From Octopus vulgaris (lineage: Eukaryota): 64,000 nucleotides of DNA. The stretch spans positions 106,950,001-107,014,000 of the forward strand of contig OX597821.1 of the NCBI GenBank assembly GCA_951406725.2, given 5' to 3'. Under the pieces are notes generated by a model, which did no database searches, was not told where the DNA came from, and was given only the letters and a program-made list of their open reading frames with translations. Positions 44,308 through 58,191 of this stretch are shown here, piece after piece; position 1 is the stretch's first letter; each line of letters starts with the position of its first letter. A program made the translations under genes and the position numbers.

Positions 44308-45024
44308 TATCTATATATTTGGAATTTATATATCCGTTTTGTAATAATGGAAGAATATATGAATATAAGTATTTATCTGATTTTCGAGTGTGGATCTTAA
44401 TTATGTTCCTCTAGTTTCTGCTTGCATTACCTCCGTTGAAATTAAGAAATGGAATATAGCTCACTTGTAGCAGTACAACACTAGTCTGTATTTTATTTGC
44501 GAGTATTGTTTAACACTAGCAATCTCAAAATAAAGCTGTGTATTATATATATATATATATATATATATACAGAGCGAGAGAGAGAGAGAGACAGGCATCC
44601 TTCAATTTTTGCCTACCTATTTCTAGTGTTGTAGAAAACTCTACTTTTCTTACTGAAATTATGGGGCAGGCAAAAGTGCTGTCTTCCGTATAGTTTTTTA
44701 TGATCATTATAGATTTCTGCTAGAATTATATATCATATGTGCTGAATAGGAATGTAGCTTTAAATGGAATTACACAACATAAAACAAAGATTGTCGTATT
44801 GGAAGTCGCAAAATTAGAACAGTAAATTCATTTTCAAGCGTTGCATGCATCACAATATCAGGGAATAAATGTATTACAGTCACGTTACTCTAATCAAACA
44901 AAGATGTATTTTATAAATTATATTACAAGACAAAACTCCTTAAATGCGCACTGATATGAAGTCTTTTAAATTTACAGGAAAATTTCCATATAATAGGAAT
45001 CTATTATTTTGAAAAGAAACTTAC

Positions 45025-45960
45025 CGATTTATTTAAACGAATTCCAAGCCAAAACATGAAAATCAAATTTAAGAAGCCAGCGCAAGTCAGTAGTGTTATA
45101 TAAATGAATATATAGGTGTTATTTTTGAATGAATCGTTTATAATGCCGTAAGTTGAGATACAGCAGTTAATAATAGAACTAAGTGCAATACATCCAGATT
45201 CACACCATATTGACTGATTCAGTAATCCCAGCATTGTACTAAGCGTGTCGTGCGCGTTACATATTTCTGTAATATCTCTGTCGACGTTGAAGAAAAACTG
45301 ATTGTCTGCTTGCTTTTCCTTTACATATCTTTGAACCCTTTTCGCCAATTTATTAAACTCATAAGTAAGTGCAAATGCGATTATAAAGTTTATGTAAACA
45401 TCAAATATAGAGAATTCAAGGGCGATGATGTTTAATACAACCTGTATTATGAAAACCTTTATTTGATGTATATTCTTCATAGGTAGAGCATATGTAGCGA
45501 AATTCAGCAAATCCGTACTCAAAATTGGTAAAATGGCCTCAATAATTATATTCCAAATAGTTAAGAGAATACTGAATATTGATAGTGTCATAAATGAAAA
45601 TATAACATTACTGTTATAAAACTCTCCCTCGCCGTCGTCTAGTTTAATTTCTCTGAATAATTCAATTAGATGAGTGTTTTTCCCTGGGATGAGCAGTTTC
45701 AAGATAATATGGAGAGATATGGTACTTCGAAACCATATTATATAAATATACGCAAATGCTTTATCTCCTGTAATAGAGTCCAGTTGAATTAAACCATAAA
45801 TTTGTAGAATGGGGTTTATAACCAAATATATACAAAGCAATCTGCATAAAATTTGCAAACATATTGTTTTAAATTCAACTGATTTCAAGTGTGAGATTTT
45901 CGTAGCTTTTCTTTTCAAATCATGCATTTTTCCATGAAATTCCAGTAGTTTTACGAACAT
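45025..45960 (-). CDS. GRL variable first exon C (intact, 312 codons from the first ATG)
   Basis: Open frame with family motifs (KLLEF, INPI, YEFNK, DITEICNAHDTLS, STYGIIN) ending WLGIRLNKS|gtaagt. The codon aligning with the paralogs' start Met is AAG, so the next ATG (MFVKLLE) is the likely start. Confidence 0.85.
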
Positions 45961-46356
45961 TCTTTCTTTTGGATCCTTGATTTTTTGGGTTTTGTTTTTC
46001 ACAATCCGCCTTCTTCGTTTTAAGTTCTGGTATAATACACCTAGCTCACGTGCCGTTTACTTCTTACTGCGCAGGCTATCGAACTACTAGATTGCTTACA
46101 CTCGTGCAGAAATAATATAAATATCGAAATATGAATCAATTAGTATATTGATTAAATTCCTTTCAATTCATCCAAATGGTCCTGGTACAAACCTCTGATG
46201 AATTTTCAATAGAATCTTTCCGGTTTACTAAAATTTACGTTTATTCAGAGGCGTGAAGATGTTACCGTTTAACAAATATTACTTTCTAATATATGCTTGT
46301 CACAATAGGGAAAACTAAATAAATATAGCAAATACAGAATTTATTTACTTCCATTA

Positions 46357-46380
<24 letters not shown>

Positions 46381-46387
<7 letters not shown>

Positions 46388-46499
46388 TCAACAGTAGTCA
46401 CAATATACATTAATGAATATTGCTTCATTATTGGAAAGAGTTAGAAACTAACTTTTCCCTGAACAAACATTTACAAGATCACATTATTTTTCAATTTGG

Positions 46500-46533
<34 letters not shown>

Positions 46534-46652
46534 CCAAATTGAAAAATAATGTGATCTTGTAAATGTTTGTTCAGGGAAAAGTTAGTTTCTAACTCTTTCC
46601 AATAATGAAGCAATATTCATTAGTGTATATTGTGACTACTGTTGAATACATA
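46381..46652. repeat. Near-perfect ~270-bp palindrome centred on (TA)n
   Basis: Arms of ~122 bp with one mismatch seen (CATTAATG versus CACTAATG). Confidence 0.9.
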
Positions 46653-47164
46653 CACAAATAATTAAAATGAATGTGTGCGTATACACATACACACACTTAC
46701 ACACATACTTACATGCATGTATGTATATATATATATATATATATGTTCTCTTACTCTTTACTCTTTACTCTTTTACCTGTTTCAGTCATTTAACAGCGGC
46801 CATGCTGGAGTACCACCTTTAGTGGAGCAAATCGACCCAAGGACTTATTCTTTGTAAGCCTAGTACTTATTCTATCAGTCTCTTTTACGGGGACGTAAAC
46901 ACACCAGCATCGGTCGTCAAGCGATGTTGGGGGGGGGGACTGAGACACACAAACAAACACATACAGACACACATATATATATATATATACATACATATAC
47001 ATATATATGACGGCTTCCTTCAGTTTCCGTCTACTAAATCCACTCACAAGGCTTTGGTCTGTCCGAGGCTATAGTAGAGGTTACATGCCCAATCTGCCAC
47101 GCAGTGGGACTGAACCCAGAACCAGGTGGTTGGTAAGCAAGCTACTTACCACGCAGCCACTCCT

Positions 47165-47255
<91 letters not shown>

Positions 47256-47844
47256 TTCATACTTACTATAAAGTAAAAATTAGGAGTCGAAAGCAACACT
47301 AAGTACGGTTAGGCAGCTTTTCAATCGCTAGAAAGTTTTCGATACATATAGATCCTTGTATATACAGGATTTAAAGTTAAGTTTACGTTTCAATTAAATT
47401 ATTTAACGATTTACTTGTATAAGAAGATCTATATGTATCTCCTCAGGCGATGGCAATCTAAACTTGCTTACTTAGACGCCAACTGAGTATCACCTGAGTA
47501 TATATATATATATATATATATATATAGGTAAATAAAATCTTCGAACAGAGACGGTCGGTAGCGACACCTGCGGGTCTGACTACGCTGCATTGATAAAGGG
47601 CAACAACCCTGAAACATGTCTGCAGCTGTCTGACTAGCGGGATGAAGCGGCTGCCCTCCCCTGTTCGAAGGTTTGTAATGGACGCAGGTTGTGTGTCAAA
47701 TAGCTAGCTAGAGGCGGTGGCCTCTTGGAGCTAATCAGCGACAGCTTTAGTCTTATATTCATAAGACTGCCATATTAGTATGGCGATAATTATTAATTTC
47801 CAGTAACGCTGCCGTAATCTCCTTTAGAGAGACTTAGTAATTTT

Positions 47845-47948
<104 letters not shown>

Positions 47949-48390
47949 GAGGTAAATCGTTAAATGATTTTATCTAGACTTCTGTATGCACCGAAACATT
48001 TGTAGCGATGAAAAAGCTGTCTAACCGTACTTACACTTACTTTTGTCTCTTTTACTTTTTACTTTTTATTTTCACACACGAGGAATACCTAAGCCTAGCA
48101 TACCATAAGAATACTACCGGCTATATTGGAATTGTAAGGGTGAACGAACTCTATTTGTACTCTTATACGTTCTAAAAAGACACACCTAACCTATATATAC
48201 ATACATATATATATATGGCTTCTTCACTTTCCATCTACGAAAACAATTCTGAAATCTTTCGTGGTCCTGAGGCTCAACTAGAAGGCATTTGTCTAAGGTG
48301 TTACGTAGTGGGAATGAACTTCGAAACATGTGGTTCAGAAGTAAAATTCTTACCATAGAGCCACGCCTGCGCCTATATATGTGTGTGTGT

Positions 48391-48430
<40 letters not shown>

Positions 48431-49187
48431 TTAAGAGTATAGCAAAAGGCCCGATTGAAGGGCAAACCTTCCGAGATCATTTAAAAGATTTAGGGTAACT
48501 AAAGATCGCAGCAAGAAATGTGTGATTCTGAGAGGGGAATATGTTGAATAAAAATCATAAATTAAGTGATCTGTCTGTATTTTGTTTTACCTAACCCCGG
48601 GAGCTTTTCTTCATAGCCAACACTCACTATACGCTTATGAAGGTGTGTGTATGTGTGTGAGTGTGCGTGTTTGTTTGCGTATCTGATTATAAGTAAGATG
48701 TGTGCTATGTGAGTAGCACTATTGTATGTATGGACAAAATTAATCATACATTGTACATTAGTATTAATTTACATCATTTCCATATAATATTCTATCACCC
48801 ATTAATCGAAAATTCACTTAATTCGTGTATATTTATTGAGTAGAGTCCACACTTAATGGAGTATACTCATAAAACTAATTTTCTCCATATGCTGATGTTT
48901 AATATTTGATTATTATTATATTTATATTGTTGTTCTGCTTGTGGTGTTATCTTTATTGTTATTGTTAATAAGGTAGCGAGCTGGCAGAATCGTTAGCAAG
49001 CTGTATTTCGACCATCGTTACGTTCTGAGGTCGAATTCCACCGACGTCGACTTTGCCTTTCAACCTTTCGGGGTGGATAAATTAAATTAAATACCGATGA
49101 AACTCTGGGTTCGATGTCATCGACTAATACCTTCCCAACAAATATCAGGCCTTGTGCCTTTAGTAGAAATGGTTATCATCTCTTTTC

Positions 49188-49245
<58 letters not shown>

Positions 49246-49468
49246 AGTTTCCAAATTCTGACACAGAAACAGCAATTTCAGGAAGGGGATTAAATGGATT
49301 ATATCAACCTCAGTATCCAACTGGTACTTATTTCATTGAGCCTGAAACTTTCAAAACTAAAGTCGATCCTGGCCGAATTTGAACGCAGATCGTAAAGACG
49401 GACTAAATACCAATAAGCATTTTCCTTGCTTGCACACGATTCTACCAGCTCACTTTACTATTGTTATT

Positions 49469-49499
<31 letters not shown>

Positions 49500-49574
49500 T
49501 TATTATTATTATTGTTGTTGTTGTTGTTGTTGTTGTTATTATTATTATCATCATTATTATTATTATTATTATTC

Positions 49575-49912
49575 ACTAGTTTTATTTTTATAGCGTGCTT
49601 TCACTTCACTACCGAGCGCAGCTCTGTGTGCCCTGGCTATGTGTTGGGATTTGTTGTGATGCTCTGAGGGTTACTGTATTGAGAGTATTTTGCGTAGGAT
49701 GTGTGCAGTGCCTAGTAGTGCAATTTTCTGTATGTTATATGTGTTTGTAAGTCCTGGTGATATTGTTATGTATTTGTATCAAATGCACCTACTATGATAC
49801 GAATTGTTTCTGTTTTTAGATTCCACATTCGGGTTACCTCGATTTCCAGTTCTTTGTATTTTGAAAGTTACTCCATTTCTTTTAGAGACACGTTGTCAAT
49901 TGCTGGATTTGA
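49575..49912 (-). mobile_element. R4/Dong-like non-LTR retrotransposon 3' end inside a (TAA)n microsatellite
   Basis: Minus strand PAIDNVSLKEME*LSKYKELEIEVTRMWNLKTETIRIIVGA...YNIQKIALLGTAHILRKILSIQ*, flanked by (TTA)n on both sides. Confidence 0.75.
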
Positions 49913-49964
<52 letters not shown>

Positions 49965-50030
49965 TTATTATTATTATTACTATTATTATTATTATTATCA
50001 TTATTATTATTATCATTATTATTATTATTA

Positions 50031-50086
<56 letters not shown>

Positions 50087-50313
50087 ACTACTACTATCAT
50101 TGTTGTTGTTGTTGTTGGCACCTACAGCGTCTTCAGGCGTTCACAGCCCTCTATCACGATGTCAATGGGATCGGTAGTTGTTCTGCTTTAGAAATTTATA
50201 GAGGATTAGTGGCGGGTAAGTACGACGACGTTCTTGAGGAGATACAAACACACACACACACACACACTAACTAACTAACTAACACACACACATATATATA
50301 TATAAAGAGAGAG

Positions 50314-50400
50314 TTAGATAGATAGATAGATGGATAGATAGACAGATAGATAGACTGATAGATGAATAAATAGACAGACAGACAGACAGACAGACAGATT

Positions 50401-50497
<97 letters not shown>

Positions 50498-50575
50498 GTA
50501 GATAGATAGTTGAATGGATAATTAGATAGATAGATTGATTGTTTGATTGATTGAATGATTGATTGATTGATAGAT
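50314..50575 (+). repeat. (GATA)n/(GACA)n microsatellite; the window also has dozens of (TA)n, (CA)n, (CT)n and (AAT)n tracts
   Basis: Direct reading of the sequence. Confidence 0.95.
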
Positions 50576-50937
50576 TTCTTTATTGGCCACGCAGGGCTAA
50601 ACACAGAAGGGAGAAAATACAAACTAGAAAAAGAGAAGGGGAAAGAAAAAAAGGGGGGCAAGTTCCGATGAAAAAGAATCGTGAAAGTAAAAAAGGGAGT
50701 GAAAAAAAGGGGAGGTGAAAAGGAAATAGATAGGTAGGTAGAAAGATAGACCGGGCAAGTGAGATTATAGACCATAAGGCGACATGCTTAGGGTCTGATC
50801 ATATGCTGTAAAGCTAAGCGCTTTATAGACGCGAAACCCAGGATAGCCCCATAGGCTAGCCATATGTATCTTTATCTAAATTTTCTACTGCTCTATAACT
50901 TAGAGTGAGTTTACGTTTTTAATTTATGATGATCCAG

Positions 50938-50976
<39 letters not shown>

Positions 50977-51026
50977 TGTATATGTGTGTGTGTATGTGTG
51001 TGTATCTATGTATCTATATATATTTT

Positions 51027-51060
<34 letters not shown>

Positions 51061-52265
51061 ATCCAAACATGAAAACACAAAGAGAAAACACAACAACGCG
51101 AGGACGTGGAACAAATATAGTATTATTGGACGCTCAGGAAGGAAGGGAAGAAGGAGGCTTTAACGTTTCGAGCGGAGCTCTTCGTCGGAAACTTAGGAGA
51201 AGGAAAGATCCAGAGAAGGAAAGACAGAGGAAAAAAATCGCCAACGGTACACACGCGGTCAATCCAGCATGCCGACAAAGAAGATTCCCTGAGAGAGAAA
51301 AACTTTTTATGAAACCCAAATCAAAGGTCGCAAACCGGTTGAAAACACAATTGAATAATAGGGAGATGTTTACTTTAATACAGACAGTCCTAGAAATCTC
51401 CTAGAAAGAAAGATCAAACTCTCTCATGAAAAGGAAATAGCATACGGAGGGAAGAGATCTCTGGAATGCATAAAAACGAAACCTAAAGCTTTTACAAAAG
51501 AATCAGCCAGAATACAATATAAAATAGGACCACTGTTCGAGGGTAATGTCTCACTAACCGCGAATCGAGACAGAATAACTGAGCACATTTGTTAGGAGTG
51601 GACTAGTTGATGATATCAAACACAGTGTTTCACCGGTACTTAATTTATTCACCCCTAAAGGATGAAAGGCAAAGTCAACCTCGGCGGAACTGGACCGCAG
51701 ATTGTTGCGACGGGCGAAATACCGATAGGCATTTCGTCCAGCTTGCTAACGATTCTGCCAGCGCGCCGCCTTATGAACAATAACAATAATGATGACACAA
51801 CAAAGGTGTCTTCTACTATCTGTGTGTCTGTGCTTGTCCCCCATCACCCACCCTACCATCGCTTGACAACTGACATTGGTGTGTTTACATCCCCATGAAC
51901 TAGCGGTTCGGCAAAAGATGTCCGATAGAATAAGTACTAGGCTTACGAAGAATAAATCCTGGGGTCGATTTGATTGACAAAAGGCGGTGTTATAGCATGA
52001 CCGCTTTCAAATGACTGAAACAAATAGAAGAAAGAAAATAAAATACTGTAGTCTTCTATAAAGCCATTTCGATCAAATCCCCCCAACGAGTTTCTAAGGG
52101 TTAAACAATGTAGACAATGTAGACTTCATATAATCAAGATGTCCTTGGCCTGAAGAGTAGCTTGGAGTCTACCCCTCTTTTGGTTAATTTATTACTTCCG
52201 AGTTTCAGCTCACTAGGAAGTATATACAGCCTCGATTTTGTCAACTCCATTCCCTAAATTATATA

Positions 52266-53547
52266 CGAGGGGCGTTCAATAAGTAATGCCCCTGACCCAC
52301 TTCCCATAGCAGTAGAGCAACGAAACTTGGCACAGTTATTAGTCTTTTTCTACATAGGAACCACCAAGAGGTACGCATTTCTCCCATCATTTGATGCAGC
52401 TCTGGAGACCGTTTTTGTAGAAGACCTCAGCTTGGTCCTCCAACCACGACGTGACTTCAGAAATCAAGGCTGCATCATCTGGGAAATGCTTCCCTTTCAA
52501 AAACAACTTCATGGCTGGGAAGAGGTGAAAATCAGAGGGTGCAAGGTCAGGAAAGTAGGGGGGATGGGGGAGGAGTTCTTAGCCGCACGCATGTGCTTCT
52601 GATCTGGCGACACGCGAGTTGTGGACCGGAGCGTTGTCCTGCAAGAGGAGGATGCCTTTGCTGATCTTGCCCCGCCTCTTGATTTTGATAGCTTCTCTTA
52701 ATTTCCTCAAAAGTGAAGCATAATAGGCTTCTGTATTTGTGGTACCCTTTGCCAGGAAATCTGTCATCACTACTCCGTCCTGGTCCCAGAAGACTGTGAG
52801 CATGACCTTGCCAGCGGAGGGCTGCACCTTTGCCTTCTTTAGAGGAGGTGAGTCATGGTGCTTCCACTGCATTGACTGGGCTTTGGTCTCTGGATCATAG
52901 TGATGGACCCAGGTTTCATCCTGTGTAATCAGTCTTTTGACTCATCTTCTTGGCACATCTCCAAATTCATCCTCGAGCACTCGACGCGTTCTTGCTTCTG
53001 GAAAGGTGTGAGCAACCTGGGAATCCATCTAGCAGACACCTTTTGCATATGCAAATGGTCATGAATGATAGTTTCCACAGACCCGGTACTAATCTTGATC
53101 TCATGGGCTATTTGGCGAATAGTTATGCGTCGATCTTCCAAAATGGCAGCCTCAACTTGACGGACAGATGCCTCATCAATAGCAGAAGGGGGCGACCAGA
53201 TATGGGATTTGTTTCCACAGAGTTCCGACCATGTTTGAATTCACGATGCCAGCGTTTTACAAGGTCATATGATGGGGCATCATCACCATAAGTTACTTTC
53301 ATTTCATCAAAAGTCTCCCGTGGTGTGCGTCCTTTCAAATACAAAAACTGGATCACTGCTCGACACTCAACAGGCTCCATTTCACACTTGACTCAGTTCA
53401 AACACCTGTAAATCAGAAACTACAATTAGTTCAGAGCTGTAACTTTTCACTCAATCTATAGAGATATGAATAATTGCACATGCAAAATTTCAGCTAGATC
53501 AAATAACTGCAAGTGGGTCAGAGGCATTACTTATTGAACGTCCCTCG
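52266..53547 (-). mobile_element. Full-length mariner transposon (~1.28 kb) with frameshifted transposase
   Basis: TIRs CGAGGGGCGTTCAATAAGTAATGCC / GGCATTACTTATTGAACGTCCCTCG with TA flanks. Motifs WIPRLLT, KVMLTVFWD and LLQDNAPVH. Confidence 0.93.
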
Positions 53548-55463
53548 TATATAGGGAATAAAATTTCCAGCGTCACAGGAATTCAAATAAATTGAATTAT
53601 TCTCGATTACAAAATATGTCATTTAGAAATAGAAATCCCCATGCAATTCATCAAATCCTAATATACATCACACCATTTCATAGAATTTTATTTTAATACT
53701 TACTATATCAGTTCTAAATTTCTCTTCTACTCATGTTTAATGAGGTGCGTTTAATGTTCTCGAGACCCTCAGTCTTTTCCAGAAACATGTCTTAACTGCA
53801 ACCCCAATCATCAGGACTCTCCATAACTTATTTATAATTCTATAACTATTCCTATATTTTTTAATATTTTATCAGTTACGAATGTAACTAACAAACATGC
53901 GGGTGTGCAAATAAATTCGCCGAACCTTACTATGCAAGCCATAATTTAATTAATTATAATTTTTAAACTAAAATCAAACGTGACTTATGCCTAGGAACAT
54001 ACATACGAATTAAGAATATGTAGGAATGAAAACTATGATATAATAATGAAAATAATATATAATATAATAATGATAAAATAAACAGCGACAAAGAAATATA
54101 TATTCGAATAAATAATATAGATAAAAGTGGACGTAAACAAAAACGAATGAATGACAAAATACAAAAAGTATAAAAAGTACAGAAAGATATATAACGAAAT
54201 CTACGCAGAAAAAATTTTGAAATGATAAAATATAATAATCTTAAGTTAAAAAGTAAAAGTTAGAGCGTTATTATAACGTAAAAAATATCGTAAAGATATA
54301 TTTCTTTACTACCCACAAGGTGCTAAACACAGAGGAGATAAACAAGGACAGACAAACAGATTAAGTCGTCGATTATATCGACCCCAGTGCGTAACTGGTA
54401 CTTAATTTATCGACCCCGAAAGGATGAAAGGCAAAGTCGACCTCGGCGGAATTTGAACTCAGAACGTAACGGCAGACGAAATACGGCTACGCATTTCGCC
54501 CGGCGTGCTAACGTTTCTGCCAGCTCGCCGCCTTTAATATCGTAAAGATATGCATGTTCAATCTACCGCTGGTCATAATTCGAGCTAACTTCAACTTAAT
54601 ACCGCAGGTTCTGCGAAAGTATCTACACTCCCACATACTTGCTGCTTCTTTTAAACTATTACTTAATTAGCCTATTATCTTAATACTAACGATGCTGGAG
54701 GAAATAAATAAATTCATTTTGGGGGCATTACTTTCTTTTATTTCTTATTATTACCACGCTTTTTCACACTCACCGCACTACTATACCTCGCCACATCGAA
54801 TGTTAAGTTAATTTAAACTAATACGTTCATATTAAATAATAGTAGTATTAACATTACGTACGGATTAAATTTATTTCTGAAGTGTTTGATTAATAACGTC
54901 CAACCCTAAAATAAAGAAATAAATTTAATTCGCACGTAATGAGTGAGTGAGATGTGGTGAGAATGAGATGTGGAATGAGTGAGAGGTGAAGTGAATGCGA
55001 GATGGTGTGAGTGAGAGATGGAGTGAATGAAATGTGGAGTAAGTGAGTCATGGAATGAGTGAGGTGGAAAGAATAAGAGGTGGATTGAGTGAGCGGTGGA
55101 GTGTGCGAGAGGTAGAGTGTGTGAGTGGTAGTGTGAGTGAAAGGTAGAGTGAGTGATAGGTGGAGTGAATGACAGGTAGAGTAAAAGTGAGTGAGAGAGA
55201 GGGGGAGAAATGGAAGTAGAGAAGAGAGTAAGAAGGTGAGAAAGATACAATATTAATACACTATAAGCTCAAAGGTATCACGTGGTCAGTAGAAGGGAGA
55301 GGCAAAAAACGAGAGGAAAATACGGCGAGAGAAAAAGAGAGCAAGAAGTGTTAACAATAAGCTGTAAGATGGGGAAGGAAAGATAAAGGGAAAGTGATAT
55401 GTTTAGGATTCAATATTTAGTAGAGGGTGATGTTCTTGTGGTGAGGTTAAAGAAAGGCAGATA

Positions 55464-56372
55464 GAGAGAGATGGAGGGGGAGACAGTTATATTGACAGAA
55501 AGAGATAGGCACATAGCCTTTGCATTTTCAGAGTAGAGATGCATGGACGGCAAGAAAAATTAGATATAGACAAAGAGCTGAAATGAAATGAGCTTTGTTA
55601 CTGAAAACTATAGTGATGATGATGATGATGATTATGGTGGTGGTGGTGGTGGTGGTGGTAGTTTTGGTGACGGTGATGGTGGTAGTGTGGTGTTGATTGT
55701 GAAAAGAATTTTTTTATTTAATTAAATGTCTAATATTTTTTCTTCTATCAGTTCGTTCACACGTTACGCTTCAGTTTGTTACAGATGAGGAGCGGGGGTG
55801 AGTGAGAGAGAGAGAAAGAGGGAATGTGAGAGTCTGCGAGAGAGCAGACAGGCAGCCGAAGCATTTTGCTGTCACTCATCTGGGGAGTGGAAATCAGAGA
55901 TAATGAGAAAGAGAGTAATGTTAACGAAATGAAAAGGAGAATTACACGGTTAAAATGTTTATTGAAGAGTTGGAGGAAAAGAGAGAAATATAAAGTACTC
56001 AACAGTGGAAAATTTTAAAATTATATATTTTTGTAACTTCGAAGTGAAATCAATTAAAACAATGAAAATATAAATGCAAATCGAGCTTTCTTAAATAGCT
56101 TATCTTAATGTTCTTCGTTTTGTCGAAGTTCCACTAGTTGTATAAATAACAAAACCTCTTGTGAGAACAAAACAATTGCGGTTTTCTTATACAGGAATAC
56201 TTCCGTTCTCTGTAGTAGGGACAGGTTTTAAGAAAGTTAAAATGAGAGAGATGGAGGGGGAGACAGTTATATTGACAGAAAGAGATAGGCACATAACCTT
56301 TGCATTTTCAGAGTAGAGATGCATGGACGGCAAGAAAAATTAGATATAGACAAAGAGCTGAAATGAAATGAG
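55464..56372 (+). repeat. 129-bp direct repeat pair (55464-55592 and 56244-56372)
   Basis: Identical apart from one base (tagcc/taacc); offset 780 bp. Confidence 0.85.
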
Positions 56373-56623
56373 TTGTCAATTTCGAACACACCAGTTCTAG
56401 CCCGATAACAGCCCAATTTCCAGTTTCTATCTTGGGTTTCTTGCAGTCTTCCATTCGGTAAAATTGAGCCTGAACAAGATAGGTTTCTGTAAAATGAGCC
56501 TGCGAAATTTTAAGTCGCATAGAACCGAATCAAGTTGCTTCAAATATTAATATAAGTCCTTCTAAATGTGTGTGTGTGTGTATTTGAGTGTGTGTGTGCG
56601 TTGGCACGTCTGTGTATGCATGT

Positions 56624-56657
<34 letters not shown>

Positions 56658-56740
56658 TTGTTTGTGTGAGTGTGGGAGTGCGAATGCATGTACATAGATC
56701 AAATACGTAATCGTATATATATAAATCTTATAACACTTAC

Positions 56741-57697
56741 CGATGTGTTTAAACGAATTCCACACCAAATCGTTACAATCAAATACATTATGTTATTGGC
56801 TGTCATCAGTAATACGTAAATAAATTTGTACAGGTCAGTTTCCAAATAATTATTTATTATACCATAAGTTGCAATACAGCTGCTTATTATGCTACCAAGT
56901 ACAATAAATCCAGTTGTTATTTGCGCTGACTCATTGATAAACCTCATCATTCTGGTTAGGGTATCGTGCGTGTTGCATATTTCTGTAATCTCTCTGTGTT
57001 TCTTCAAAAAAATTGGCTTACCTGACTGCTGTTCCTTAACAAATCGGTGAGCCTCCTTCGCCACTTTGTTAAACTCATAAATAAGTGTAATACTGATTAT
57101 AAGGCTTATATAGAGTTCTAATAAGACGTTCGCCAGTGAGATGCAATCGGATAAGATTTCTATTGCAAAACCTGGAACGTAATAATATGTATTATTTGTT
57201 GGTACAGGGAATGTTATAAACATAAGAAAATCGTTGCTGCAGAGCGGCAAAATCAGTTCCAAGCATATTAAGAAAATGAGAGGCCCGAATAAATATACAT
57301 ATAATGCAGTACGTGAATATATTAGATTAGTGTTATAATATTTTTTATCTTCTTCTTCAGTTTCAAGATGGGCGAAATTTTCAATTAGTTTCGTGTCGTT
57401 AGAATCTCTGATGAATTTCACCAAACAGCAAAAAGATAAATAACACTTGAAAAATATTACGTAAGCATACATAAATATGTCGCCTGTGGTAGTATTCGGC
57501 AGTTGTATTAAAGCCACAAGATATCGAATCGGGTTCATAATCAAATACACGAAGTACAGCAAGTAAAATGCAGACAGGCAAATTGCTTTAAACTCGAGTG
57601 CTTTCAGCATTGATTTATTCATGATATATTTCCGAATATTCCGAATATTTCGATATAACTCCAACATTTTAAAGAATTGTGTTTGATTTGCTTTCAT
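56741..57697 (-). CDS. GRL variable first exon D (intact, 319 codons)
   Basis: MKANQTQFFKMLELYRN...WCGIRLNTS|gtaagt. Spliced to the constant exons it gives 390 aa, a typical GR size. Confidence 0.87.
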
Positions 57698-58116
57698 GCT
57701 TAGTCTAATTTCTTTGTGTTGATAGACGTTTGCTTTCACACAGATGAACACTTTGTCCGGGACCACACGATGTGTAAATGTGTTTTTAATTCCCCACTGT
57801 TTCTACTTGGAAATTTCTGCTTGTAATTGACTCCACCAGGGAAATATAATCAACATCCGATAGCAAAATAAAATATTTATCATTTAGACAGTATTACAGT
57901 TCTATAGTTACGGCTCTTTATAAAATATATCTGGTATTAGGTTGTAACACTATTAAAACCATTTCGAGAAGAAGAACTGCGATGACGTATTGGTCTTAAT
58001 TCATTATATCTATACGAACAATAATTAATTTTCTCGTCTTATATATTATGTACGTTGACGAAATAGGAATAATAATTATAATACTAATAATGATGATAAT
58101 AATAATGATGATGATG

Positions 58117-58191
<75 letters not shown>

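Noticed and set aside
45004-46002. GPCR or nicotinic-type cephalopod chemotactile receptor identity
   Set aside because: No DRY/NPxxY motifs, Cys-loop or large extracellular domain; the C-terminal exons carry GR-type motifs.
54940-55250. His/Ser-rich ORF 54906-55250
   Set aside because: Low-complexity GAGT/GTGA tract with no coding signature.
56699-57766. Large ORFs treated as complete single-exon receptors with the ORF-track ends
   Set aside because: Similarity among paralogs stops at a conserved GT donor after LN.S (residual SVS reflects the donor consensus). The GTG/TTG starts in the track are not eukaryotic starts, and TM7 is missing without splicing.
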